Origin: Octopus sinensis
Lineage: Eukaryota
Assembly (NCBI RefSeq): GCF_006345805.1
Contig: NC_043000.1
Location: forward strand, 163,680,001 to 163,744,000
Direction: 5' to 3'
Length of the DNA: 64,000 bases
The translations under genes were made by a program, and so were the position numbers. Below are positions 12,695-25,249 of the stretch, one piece after another. Numbering within the stretch: the first letter of the stretch is position 1; each line of letters starts with the position of its first letter. A model generated the notes under the pieces. That model worked only from the letters and a program-made list of their open reading frames with translations. It made no database searches and had not been told where the DNA came from.

Positions 12695-13429
12695 TAAGAA
12701 AAGAAATGTTATTAGAAATATGGAAGAAAGGCAAGGAAACGAAAATGCCAGAGCTTAGCAGAGGCAGCAACGCTAATAGGTATGAATATTTGCATAAACA
12801 TATGCAACTTTTCATATACACAGTCACGAATACGCACTTATATAGATACCATATACGTGTAGGCGTTGAGAGATAGACACATACATCTATAGGTAACATA
12901 TACATGCACACTCACGCACACACCACTCTCTCTCTCACACACACACACAGCACACCACACCACACACCATATATATATATATTTAGTATATATATATATG
13001 TTTTTTAGTTTATTCATAATTATTCAAGAGAAGACAGTTTCATCATGGTTACAGTGGTAGTAAGAAATTATATTTCTAATTGTTAGGTAGAATAGTTGGG
13101 TGTGTTATTGCTTCGTCTTAAACCAGCATTTCAGTTACAAAATTGTCATCTTGGTACGCAGTTCGCAGATTATGAATATATATTTATATATATATATATT
13201 AATGTTTGTATGTATGTGTATGTATTGTGTATCTATATATCTATCTACCTATCTATCTATCTATCTATCTATCATCTATCTCTCTATCTATCTATCTATC
13301 TATCTATCTATATATTTATATACGTTTGTATACAGATACAAGAGAACGCGAGTCTGTTAGTGGAGAGCCCTGTAATCACACACATGTGTGCATAAGCGTG
13401 CGCATGGCTGTGTGTGACCTTATACATAC

Positions 13430-13462
<33 letters not shown>

Positions 13463-13464
13463 TG

Positions 13465-13495
<31 letters not shown>

Positions 13496-14390
13496 GAACA
13501 CGCATACACATATACTTATAAACACACATACACATGAACGAGTACATGTGTGGGATGCATTGGCGTGTCTTCATTCGCGTGTGTAATCTTCCTTTTGTTT
13601 TCGTTATTGTTTCAGCAGAAGAATTGTCGTTTGCTGAAGAATATAATATTAATAATTATAAAGAGACGAGGTTCAGAGTGTAGCAGAAAGTTGATTCTAG
13701 AAGGAAAATTACGTCACTGAAAATTAGGCAATCAAATCGAACAAAAGAATTAAAAAGATATAATGTATACATCAGATGTTATTTGCGTGGCATTGTCCTC
13801 CCATTGTTTAAAAAATAATGCGACATATAATGAATTACGGTCTGAAAGAAAACCGCCATGTTGCTTTTGTTTCCATTTGTTTTTACATCGTGCGTTGCGG
13901 TGGCAAATTATTTTTGCTGGTTAAGTTGAGGGTTATAAATAATGATTAAACATCAATACGAATCACAAAATTGATACTACTACTAATAATTATCATAATT
14001 ATAATTGTGATAATAATATTAATATTCATAATGATAATTTATCTATAAATGTACTATCCTATTTATGAAAAGGCTGAACTGAGATTGAAGCTGTAATAAT
14101 GAATATTTGCTTCTAATCAAAGCTGGAAGCTATTATGTTGCAATTATGAAGAACTAAAATGATCAGCCCATAGCCACTTGCCTTTATTCATTTCTGATAT
14201 TGTTTACGCAATGATTTTGTGAATAATGAGACGATATTGACAACATGATAGCAAAATTAATTAGAACCTATTTTGTAAAACTTTTTTAATGATTCCTTTC
14301 ATTCCCAACCCAATACTTTCTTACACATACGCATTCTTATATCCAACCAAGGTCATATGTCATATATACTCCCACACATTTATATATATA

Positions 14391-14463
<73 letters not shown>

Positions 14464-14597
14464 AGAGAGAGAGAGAGAGGGGGGGAGAGAGAGAGATTGG
14501 AGCTATATACAGATATACAGATCCGGTCAAAAATGCAAACACCCTCATTAGTTTGGATCTTCCAAGAAATACAAAGAGGAAAAATGTGAAAATAATA

Positions 14598-14624
14598 AAT
14601 AAATAAATAATAATAATAATAATG

Positions 14625-14696
<72 letters not shown>

Positions 14697-14700
14697 TAAT
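14598..14700. repeat. (AAT)n microsatellite
   Basis: Direct reading. Confidence 0.95.
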
Positions 14701-15137
14701 TGCATTATCTCTATATTTAATGAATTATAATAAGCCTTTTATTCCTCATTCGCAAGTTTTATTCATGTGTAAATTTAAGCAAAAATTATACTTAGAAGTG
14801 TGCCGAAAGTCAGCGTAACCTTTGCACGAACAACCCCAGGCCGGCCCTATTTATATGCATGTGGTTTTGTTTGCTTGCGTTAATTCTTGTGAATACGTGT
14901 GAATGTGTGTCTGCATGCATAAACCTGAAACATGTTGTGATGTTGAAATATGAAATATACGTTTCAAATACACTTCATATCAAACGTTGCAGCGATATGT
15001 TTATATATAAAATTGATTATATAAACGCGTAGAAAATATATACTAACTGACTTTATCAACAGAGTAGTGTAATCATTTTAGATTCATGGACAAGCACTTA
15101 AAAATATAGCTTAGTGTTATATTCATTTATAGTCGAT

Positions 15138-15268
15138 CAATGGTTTTCAGTCGCGGTCCATATGACGCTTAAGGACCCATTTCAAGCCATCAAATAGCTA
15201 AGAGGGTCCACCCGAGTAAAATTGAAATCAAAAGGGTTCATAGGTAGAAAAATTGTTGAAAACCACAA
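15138..15268. mobile_element. Possible short hAT-type MITE remnant
   Basis: Ends CAATGGTTTTCAG and TTGAAAACCACAA form an imperfect inverted repeat resembling CAGTGGTTTTCAA hAT termini. No target-site duplication confirmed. Confidence 0.3.
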
Positions 15269-15744
15269 TAGTAGGAATATATTATTTATACCTGTATGTC
15301 AGGATGGTTAGAGCGTCGGATGAAGTCCCTTGCGGTATTAATTATGTCCCTTTACAGTCTGATTTCTAACCTTGTCGAGAAAAGCTTTACATATCTTTCG
15401 CTGAAGATAAAGTAATACACCAGTGAAGAACTGGTGTCGATTAATCGGTTCTAATCTCACTCCAGATATGTAGCCTTATTGAAAGGCTGGAAATCAATAC
15501 TGACATGGCTCAATTGGGAAAGAATAAATAGTTACGTTTTGCTGATGAACACAATGAGTCCCATTAATTGAGATCGTTTAAATATGTGTATGTGTGTGTG
15601 TTAGTGAATGTGTATGTGTGTGTTTGTGTGTATACATTCATATATATCTATACGCTCCCGCATAAATATATTTTCAGACAAACAGGGAATACGTTTCTAA
15701 GTTAACAGCTGCTATTTTCACGTCACTGTGATCTTCATTATCTT

Positions 15745-15895
15745 TTATCTGTTACTTGTTTCTGTCAGTAGAGTGCGGCCATGCTGGGGCACCGCCTGGA
15801 AAATATTTAGTTAAACGAAACTACCCTACTACTTGTATTTTTAAAGCCTGGTGCATATTCTACCAGTTCCTTCTTGATGGACCGCTAAATTACGG
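15745..15895 (-). mobile_element. 3' portion of composite SINE family B
   Basis: GCGGCCATGCTGGGGCACCGCC...GCCTGGTGCATATTCTA...CCGCTAAATTACGG matches 26040-26180 and, inverted, 55630-55790. Confidence 0.55.
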
Positions 15896-16052
15896 GTTTC
15901 ACCTGAGGATCGCCGAGGCGTGAAACTCGAACCGCAAGAAACAGTTTTCGCTCTTAATTTTAAAAAAATCATATCCTCTACAAAATGTAATGAGCGTTCC
16001 TTTCTCTATAGTTTGACTTTAAGCAACGTGCAAATATGTATGTATGTATGAT

Positions 16053-16095
<43 letters not shown>

Positions 16096-16670
16096 GGCCA
16101 ATGAAAAATAAATTGAGTGTTGACAAACTACTGAACTGCTTATGTCCACAGTATTTCACTAAAAATTCATTGAAAAGCACGACCACTTGGTTGCCAAGTA
16201 AAATTTTAAACTGCAGAGTAGTGCCTGTGCCCAGATGTGTTGTGGAGAGAGCGGAGGGAACAGATGCATGTCTGGGCGTACGTGTGTCGCTTCTATGCAT
16301 GCACATATCAATGCCTCTGAAACTTGGCTTCTTGTATAAACTTCCTTGTACTCTCTGTAATTTCAATACATCCAAATATTGTTTGCCCTCGGCCTTTTGC
16401 ACCCGCCCGCCGTACGTTTTCTTCTTTTGTCGGTCGCTTTTTTAGTACTTTCACAATACGTTCACTGTTTCTCCTCCACCTTCCACTTTCTCTCAACCTC
16501 TCTTTATATATATATATACATATATATTTCTGACTATCTATTTATACATCTATACATCTATCTATGCATATGCCTATCTACCTATATTTCTAGCCCCTTT
16601 CTACCTCAGGAACTTCCTCCCATTCCTCATTTTTTCTCTCCCTACAGCCGATTTTATGCACTCGCTTCCT

Positions 16671-16774
<104 letters not shown>

Positions 16775-17076
16775 CTTTATTTATTAGCCACATGGGGCCG
16801 AACACAGAGGGGACAAAATGCAATGTAGAGCTTTTCTTTTCGAAAGAAAACGAACTAACTAATAAAAAAAAAGGGGAAAGGGGGTAAAAGTCCGATGAAA
16901 AGGGACCGTGTAAAAAAAAAAACGATCAAAAGGGATCGTGTATCACTGAACAGACTAAAAATGTAGAAAAACACATTTGGTTTATCCGTGGAAAGAAAAG
17001 CATACGTAAAAGACCACAGTAACATCAGGCAGAGAGGGAAAAAACACATGAGAGCAAAGAGTTCTCTCTCTCTGAT

Positions 17077-19780
17077 TTACAGTATCATGCACAAAGTGGT
17101 TTTGTCATTCGCGCGTACCATCTTTGCTACATTCACGTACTTTTTATTGAATCTTTCATGAGGCAAAACTTGCCTCTCTATTCTCACCTTCCTTTGCAAG
17201 TGGTACTTGAAAAAGTTGATGGGAGATTGACCAGAGAGAAAATTGTTTGTATCTAAACCTTACGCTCCATTACACACATTCTTTCACCGTGGCCACATGT
17301 ACGATGAAAATTGCCTTCTCGGTTAAGGGAAGGTGGCGGAGCTTTTTTCCCGATAGACTCGGCCGACAACCGAATTCGTCGCAGCCGTTCGACATAATCC
17401 CACAGGTCCGAAATGGCTGGACACTGCACGAATGCGTGCAGAACGGTTTCGTCATACTCACCGCTTCTCGGGCAAGTCGGTCCGGTGTATCTTGAACCGT
17501 ACTTGTAGAGCTTGTCCCGAACAGGCAATGCTTCCCGATAGCATTGCTAGACCAGGGATCTCTGGTGATTATCCATAGGTCTCGGCCCGAAAGTTGTCCT
17601 GAACAGGCGGGCCAGGTATCCTCGTCGACGCCCAGATTCTTACCGAGAACGTCGTCGTACCGCCCCTCCACTAATCTTCTATAGAACGCCTTGGTGGAAT
17701 TGAAGTCGTTTTGTATTCTTTTAGTGTCTCGCCGACCAGGTCGATGTGCCTATGGCTTGACACTATCACGGTTACGTATGCAGACACGCTCCTCCCGCAT
17801 CCCAGTTCTCGTGGGATGCCCCTCAGCGACGCCAGCTTCCGCAGTAGTGGCTCTAGAGTCAATACGTACAGAAGCGACGAGAGGGAGCATCCTTGGCGGA
17901 CTGAACGCGTGATGTTAAACGGTCTGGACAGATAACCATTTACGCGAACTACTGAGCGGATGCCGCTGTATAAGGCAGCGATCCGACCGCGGAAGACGGG
18001 ACCGAAACCAGCCACTTTAAGGACAGCCACTAGGTAACGGTGGTGCACCCTGTCGAAAGCTTTCGATTGATCCAAATTGATCAGCGCCCCACCCATGACA
18101 GGTTCATTAACTACCCTGTCTATGACGTAGCGCATCAGATGGAGGTTTGAGCCTTGCCGACCAGTTTCTCGATGAGAAGCGCCAACCTCTCGGTTAACAC
18201 TTTGGCCAAAATCTTCAAGTCTGCGTTGAGCAGAGTGATGGGCCTAAAGTTATCTATGACATTCCTCTTGTTTGGATCCTTCTTTAGCAGTGCCACCGCT
18301 CCTCGCTTCACAGAAACGGCAATACTCCCGTTTTGCTGCCAGTTGCAGTAGACTGCTGCCAAGACACCTCCAAACAAGTCTGGCATATAACAATAGAATT
18401 CGTAGGGCAGACCATCGAAGCCTGGCGAATTGTCTCCCGCGCAGCCTACCATCACATCCCGTAGGTTCGCGGCTGTGATGGGTCTTTCACAACACTCGGC
18501 CTCTCTTGCCGAGAGTCGTGGCAAGCCATGTAGTAGGCACTAAAGTCCACCCTGCTTCTGACCCACCAGTTGTCCCGAACAGTCGGGAAAAGTGCTGTTG
18601 AAAGGCCTCACACTTCCTTTCGGGCTCGAGTAATTCGCGCCCTTGCTCATCTGTCAGAAGCCTAATGGTGGCCTTGTTGCTCGTTGGCCCTCCGCCACTC
18701 AGATTCTCGGGCGGCTACAAATCCTTCGTTCCTCAGATCTCACATTCTGGCTCTGACAACGCATCCTTCGTGTTTGACGTTGAGGTGCTGGCCGAAAACT
18801 AACCTGGCTGCCAGTACGTTGGATGCAATGCCAGTTCAAAGTGCCTCTTCTAATTTCTTAACTAGATCTCACTCTATTCTATTTCGGTCTAATGCTAGAG
18901 CCTTACTATACCTAACCGATTCTACTTTAATTGCTTTCTTTAGAGCATACCACCATCTATTGTTGACGATGGCGCCCGTCAAAGCTCTCTTAACTAATGT
19001 GCTAATCCGGTCCCTGTAAGCCTGGCGTGCCGTAAACGGTGCGTTCAGCTTCCAGTAACCGGGACCCCGCCTGTGACTCTTATCTAAGTCAAGCGTACAA
19101 GTCACAAATTTGTGATCTCTGTAGCTGACTTTATGGAATTGTGGACAACCTACACTCTCCCTATCCACTGTCTTACAGAATACTCTATCTAATTACGATC
19201 TGGATGACCGTATGCGGTTGCTCCATGTCCACATTGGCACATTCGGGTGGTCCAGTCAGACAGTTGGAAACATCTGAGCAGGCCTTTGACGCATTTACAT
19301 CCACTCCTATTTTCTATCTCTGTCCACGTAGAATAGAGGCGTGTCCAAGGTAGCGTTCCAATCCCCCAGTAAAAGTAAAGATCAAGACGTTCCCTGGAAA
19401 ACTTCTAGAAGCCGAAAGAAATCTGGCCGACCTGTTAAGGACGGTGCATAAACTGTTCTCAATCGAAAAGCACACCTATTACTGCCATCGGTATCCAAGA
19501 TGAGCAGCCTACCATCCTGATCTAGGAAAATTGCACTAACTTTGAGGTACAGACGCTTCCGAAAAAGCACCGCGGTGCGACCTCCGCCCATTCTCGGCAG
19601 ACACGGAGAAAACTAAATGTCGAAATGTCCGCTGAACACGTGCTGGAAGGTCCGCGGGTTGTGGAATCTAGTCTCATTGATGGCTATGACATGCACATTC
19701 TGTGACTTGATGACATTTAACAGGTAGCCTTGTTTCCAAGGCGACCAGAAACCATGCACATTTATACAACATATTTTGAG
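17077..19780 (-). pseudogene. Tx1-like ORF2 (APE endonuclease, reverse transcriptase, C-terminal zinc finger), disrupted
   Basis: LKICCINVHG..IAINETR (APE start), GPGYWKLN, SPGFDGLPYEFY, NFRPITLLNADLKILAKVL, LINLDQSKAFDRVHH, VRQGCSLSSLLYVLTLEPLL, then ALPVRDKL..PTCPRSGEYDETVLHAFVQC. Several frameshifts, the YADD motif is damaged, and a deletion near 17700 joins RT directly to the C-terminal domain. Confidence 0.9.
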
Positions 19781-19830
19781 TATGTTCCTATCGAAAGTTG
19801 TGTTTTACAAACGAAAGGAAGACGAAAGAG

Positions 19831-19888
<58 letters not shown>

Positions 19889-19891
<3 letters not shown>

Positions 19892-21659
19892 CTTACTGTC
19901 CGAAAGTTGTTTGTCCTTCACCTCACAGTCTTCTCCAAGAAGGTTTTTGTACAGTTTTTAGAGGAGTATTTTTTAAATCTCCCTACTGCATCTGGGTAGA
20001 GAGATTTCAGTGTGTTGTGTGTGTTCTGTGTTACACGTATGATTTTAATGTGTTGTGGTGGGTGATTATTTGTTTTGGTATCGTTTTCTGTTATGTCAGT
20101 GTTTGACCTAATGTATTCCATTAAGTCTGGATTGTTAGTGTTTATAGCTGTCAACATTGTTGGGCCATTTGGTGTTTGTGTGTTTGTGTTAATGCCTTTG
20201 TTTTCTGCGGGTGTTTTGGTTTCAGGTGTGGTAAACCTCCATACTTTGTTTGCTTCTCTATTCTTTTTTACCTCTTTTTCTCCTTCCCCCTGTGGCTACT
20301 TGCCAATCATCTGTGTCGTCTTCATCTGGCGACATGTCGGAGGAATCAGAAATTAGGAGGGGAGGGGATTGGGATCTATTTCTGAGTATGCTGATTTTGT
20401 TGTTGGTTTTGGTGCTGTTTGATGACAGTTGGGATGTGGTGTATGACTCCTTTTGGTTTTCTCTTCTTCCTTTGGAGTTGTTGTTGGTGGTGGTGGTGAT
20501 GGTGTTGTATCTGTTCTTGGTGGCGCTGATGGTAGTGTAGTTTGGTTGGGCTGGCTTGTTGGTTGCTGATGTTCTTTCATTTGTTGGCAGAGCTGTTTTA
20601 TCAGTTGTGCATATGGCGGTGTGGTTAGTAGTGCTGGTTTTTTGTTGGTTTTCTTGTTGTGGTTGTTGTTATTGTTGTTGTTCTTGATCTTGTTGTTGTC
20701 GTTGTTGTTGATGTTGCTGTTGTTTCTGTGCTAATGAGCAATTGATTTTTCAGGTGTGAATTGCACCACAAACGTAGCAACGTGGCTTTCTGTCTTCGAC
20801 AGCCACATGCAAATTCGAACCGTCTGCCAGTTTGATAAGATATAGAATCGTATCAATGTTGATTGGATCAACTTGAGCAAGGATTTCCACTCCTTGACCA
20901 ATCCAATTTTACTGATCCAGGACAGCGATTTCCAAGATATGGATTGCCTCCTCGATATCATAACAAATGTCAGACACAAGCTATTTTATTTGTATCTCAG
21001 GGGGCACATCTTTGATTTTTATTTTTATGGCCCTATGACCAAGGTATGTAGGGATCATCATTAGGGTCTCGCATTCAAAAGACTTTTGGAGAGGTCCCGT
21101 GGCTCGTTATTCACTGTGGAATCTAACTTCGATCGTGGCAAATCTTTTTCTTCTGGTGATATATTCTTTAAAGGCCCATATGGGGCCTTAAACATTTTTC
21201 TACTGTTTCTTGGGAGGCGGTTTCGAAAAAAATGTTTAAAATTGAGTGTTTTGTAAATCATTGTTTTTTGGAAATGTCCTCCATGATATTCTGCGGTGTT
21301 TGCAGAATAATGTGTTCATCTTTTTTAAACATTGTCTTGCAAGCAAGCGGTTCTACCTTCGTAAAGGACATAATTCTTTTCTTCAGCTTTAAAGCTGCGG
21401 CAAAATGACTTTGAGTGTTCGTATTGGTTGTGGTGGTGATGGTGGTGATGGTGGTGGTGATGGTGGCAGTGGTGGAGGCAGTGTTTGTAGCAGTAAACGT
21501 TGTCTTTGCTTCTTTGTTTGTATCTTCCACGGCCAGAGTGGCGTTCTTCTCTGTGCGTTCAAACGAGACGACGTTCTTTTCAGCCTCCCTCACCTCTGGC
21601 TTTGGTAGAGGCCGGAAGTCGATGGGAGGAATGCTGACTTCCTGGTTTGATTTAGTCAT
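19889..21659 (-). pseudogene. Tx1-like ORF1 (gag-like zinc-knuckle protein with Thr/Gln-rich low-complexity tracts), frameshifted
   Basis: Starts MTKSNQEVSIPP at 21659. RKPRCYVCGAIH..KINC zinc knuckle near 20735-20800. Ends EVKDKQLSDSK* at 19889, just before a (CT)n tract and ORF2. Confidence 0.7.
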
Positions 21660-21883
21660 TTTCGTTTAGAAGATGGCAAAGAAAACCGATGAAATTTTTT
21701 TAATTTTGGAGATTTTTAATTTTGGAGATTCAACCACGGGTGGGGGTGGGTGGAAATTCCTATTAAAAGATTTACTTAGGTTGAAGGAGATATTAAACCA
21801 CTCTTTAACAAAAAATATTTAACAACAGTTTTTCTACAGAAATAAAGCCAACTTACTTGGAGCCGATCTGTCAACAGTCCATT

Positions 21884-21908
21884 CAGACAGACAGACAGAC
21901 AGACAGAC

Positions 21909-21947
<39 letters not shown>

Positions 21948-21958
21948 GATAGATAGAT
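21884..21958. repeat. (GACA)n(GATA)n tract between Tx1 copies 1 and 2
   Basis: Direct reading. Confidence 0.95.
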
Positions 21959-22832
21959 TTCTTTATTAAGCCACGCAGGGCTGAACACAGAGGGGACAAC
22001 ATTTGAGCATTGCACGAGTGCGTGCAGAACGTTTTTGTCATTCTGACTGCATATCAGACAGGTGGGTTCGGTGTGTCTTGATCCTTGTCTGTAGACCTTA
22101 TCTCGAACAGGCAATGCTCCCCGATAGCACTACCAGGTCAGGCATCTCTGGAAGTTTTCTATAGGTCCTAGCCCGAAAGTAGTCCTGAAGAGGCGAGTCA
22201 AGTATTCCCTGTCGACGCCCAGAGTTTCCCCGAGAACGTCGTCGTACTTCCCCTCCACTATTTCCCTATAGAACACCTTGGTGGAATTGAAATTGCACAA
22301 GTTTGAACCTGGATAGCAGAGCTTCTCGAGAGCATAGCGACACTCACAGTGCCACTCGCCCAGCCTCAGTCAATGAGACGAGCTGCGGAAAACGGGCCTC
22401 ACAAACGGCGACCACACGTGTTCACCGTCGTCTATGAAACGATGGCTGTGTCATGGTCTCAGTGCACGTCTGCGCATCACCAATCATGGCATACCTAGCC
22501 CTCCATTTAGCGGATGTTGACAGCAAATGGATCCCCTAACCATCGGAACGCTTCCCTTCCACAGAAAGGCACAACGGTTAGACGGTAGTGGATGACGGAT
22601 GCGACGTACGCATTTGCCACCTCAGCCCGACTTTTTAGAGAGCTTCCTCTCGGCCCATGGCTGGGTGAGAGTGACCACCCCGCTCGTTATCTCAACCCAG
22701 TTCTTCTCCATTTCGAGGTCTGGACCGACCCAGACCCAGAGGAAAGGAATTTAACCGGTTCGTCGGTCCAATGTCCCACAGTGGAGGCGCTGTTGGATGG
22801 CATGGACTTGATTTTCCAGGTGCAGAGTCAGC
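21959..22832 (-). mobile_element. Tx1-like copy 2, 5'-truncated and internally deleted
   Basis: SLKSRAEVANAYVASVIHYRLTVVP (post-RT) and PVRDKVYRQGSRHTEPTCLICSQNDKNVLHALVQC are paralogous to copy 1. The sequence jumps near 22004 from the zinc finger to the terminal ~45 nt. Confidence 0.85.
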
Positions 22833-22840
22833 TAGCTAGT

Positions 22841-22886
<46 letters not shown>
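22833..22886. repeat. (GATA)n tract between Tx1 copies 2 and 3
   Basis: Direct reading. Confidence 0.95.
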
Positions 22887-23491
22887 TGTTTCTTTATTAG
22901 CCACACAGGGCTGCACACAGACGGGACAAATTATAAGGTAGAGTTTTTGTTTTGAGGATAAAAAAAGGGGGTTTGGTTTTCGATCAAAAGGGATCGTAAA
23001 ACGAAAGAAAGAGGAAAGCAAAAAAAAAAGGGGGGGGGTGAATAAAAGGAAAAAGAAAAAATCGATCAATAGGGATCGTTATCACAGAAATATCAATATA
23101 AATTGTAAAGGGGAGGAAATGTGAGGTTTACCCGTGGAAAGAAAAGCCTACGGAAAAGTACACGGTAACCTCGGTCAATGAAGTCACATGTTATATTTTT
23201 TTACAAATAAGCAACTCTCTGTATTAATTTTTACGGTTCATGGGATCATGGTCAAGGTGGCTTCGTCATTCATACGTGCCATCCTTGCTACATTCACCCA
23301 TCTTTTCTAAAAACATTCACTAGACAAAACTTGTCTCTCTACTCTCACTTTCCTCTTCAAGTGATACTTGAAGAAGTTGATGAGAGATTGACCAGAGAGG
23401 AAAGTGTTTGTCTCTAATCCTTTCAGGCGCGTTCACCAGATACATTCTTTCGCCATAGCCACAAGGATGATGAAAATAGCTCTCCCTTCCC
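22887..23491 (-). mobile_element. Tx1-like copy 3, 5'-truncated (ORF2 end plus 3' UTR)
   Basis: WEGRAIFIILVAMAKECIW and the 3' UTR align with 16773-17330; same terminus. Confidence 0.85.
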
Positions 23492-23509
23492 AGATATATA
23501 GATAGATAT

Positions 23510-23601
<92 letters not shown>
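23492..23601. repeat. (GATA)n tract at the 5' truncation point of Tx1 copy 3
   Basis: Direct reading. Confidence 0.95.
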
Positions 23602-24763
23602 GTTACTTTCTCTTCGAGTCTGTAAGCTGTCATTGACAGCGAGCGGCTGAAATACTTAGGCACTTGTTTACTGAGCCCCCTACCAAATACCGCTTCTGTC
23701 TTATTACGAAAGTCTCAACGGGATTCAGAGATCGCGCCCAGCCAAAACTGGCAGCGCAAGGCATCCGCTCAGATACTCTAACAACATTTATGGTTTTACG
23801 TAATGCTTTGTGGCGTATGGTTCTGTGAGTGTGTCCGTGCGCTTGCGTGTAATGGATTCTCCGTTGGTTTGAACGGTGAGTATTCAGTAGTTCAATCAAC
23901 TGTATCCTTTTCTCTTTGAATTAACGAACGAGGTTGATGACTATTCTGCAGACATCTGTACCCCTCAACGTAATTCTTAGAAAGAATGAGCGTGCAACAC
24001 AGTTCAAGAAGGCTGGACGAGAGAATTACAGAATTATGGGTAAAATTCATTCGCCGGGTTTCAAATAGTTTCTGCCTGTTCAGTTTTATTCACACCGATT
24101 GAGTGCACTTGAAGCTATGATAAAATGAGCTTTAATAATATACCGCACAGTGGGACTGAACCTGGAACCTAGAAGTCACGAAGCAAACTTCTAAACCATT
24201 TCGCCCCGTTGCGACCACTGACTGTACGTTTACGTTCGTGCGTGTGTATATATAAGTGTATGTATGATGAACATTCACAAGCAAGCATTGTATATATTTT
24301 GTCTACGTCTCTGTGTTTGTCGCATTGTTACACTATACGTGTCTAATTATCCCTACAGTGGCGTCGCCATGCTTGAGTGATTTGATAAATTATTGACCCC
24401 CTCGGTTCAAGGATCGGAAGTTCTAATCCCGTCACAGACACTCTATTATTGTCTCTTCCCCAGTCACCAAACACTATTTCACTACGGCTTGAAGTGATTA
24501 GCTATTAAGCAGTCACCTGACTCAGAGGCTAGTAATAGACATAATACTTCTAAAGGGATATACACACTTACTGTCAGGTAGCCATCCCTAAAATAGACCT
24601 TAACTTAGGTGTCTTCAATGACCTGGAAAAGCTTAAGGTGCAATTGACAAAGGAAACGAATTTACGAAACGAAGAAGCCTTTCATAGTCGTTCGCTTTGC
24701 TAGAAATAGCAGCCAAAACTTGAAATCTCATTTTACTGTCTTTAAAAAATATGGAGTGAAATA

Positions 24764-25249
24764 CAGTAATCCCTCGACTATGCGGGTGTTACGCTCCAAA
24801 ATCCCCGGCGAAAGAGAAACAGAATTGTACTGTATATTTTTTTAATTATTTATATCATTTGTATATATTTATTTTATTATTTTTAAATATTTAAGCTTTG
24901 ATAAACTCTTCCCACAGTCTAAGGAGTTTCGTTTTCCATATAGTATGAGCAATTCTTTTTTTTTTCTCATCTATGATACACTACGAATTTTCTTTTAATA
25001 TAATTTAATTAATGTGTTAGACATTGCAGTACAGTATTTTTATTTATTAATTTATTAACCTTTAAGCGTGAAAATGCTTATTTTACCACAGATTTAGTTA
25101 AAAATCTAAAGAAATATAAATACCTATCGACTGCAGAAACCCGCGATATACTGAGGTGTCCGCGATGCAAATTTACATATATTAGCAAGAAAAATCCGCG
25201 ATGTACTAAGGGTGCAACAGGTGAACTGTAATATGGCGAGTGATAACTG
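24764..25249. mobile_element. pogo/Tigger-like MITE
   Basis: Termini TA|CAGTAATCCCTCG and CGAGTGATAACTG|TA form an imperfect inverted repeat with a TA target duplication; AT-rich non-coding interior. Confidence 0.6.

Larger units (their letters stand above)
10220..13470. repeat. Tandem duplication, unit about 1.63 kb
   Basis: 10220-11830 is repeated at 11830-13470 almost identically; the differences are mainly 1-nt indels. Junctions fall inside TA/TG/TATG microsatellites. Confidence 0.95.

Noticed and set aside
15893-15930. CTGAGGA...GAAAC hammerhead-like words
   Set aside because: Only 4 nt are available for stem I, so the core cannot form; it folds as a simple hairpin CGGGTTTCAC/GTGAAACTCG.
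16019-16500. Cluster of overlapping 60-127 aa ORFs in moderately GC-rich DNA
   Set aside because: No domain motifs or splice support, and ORFs on both strands run into microsatellites.
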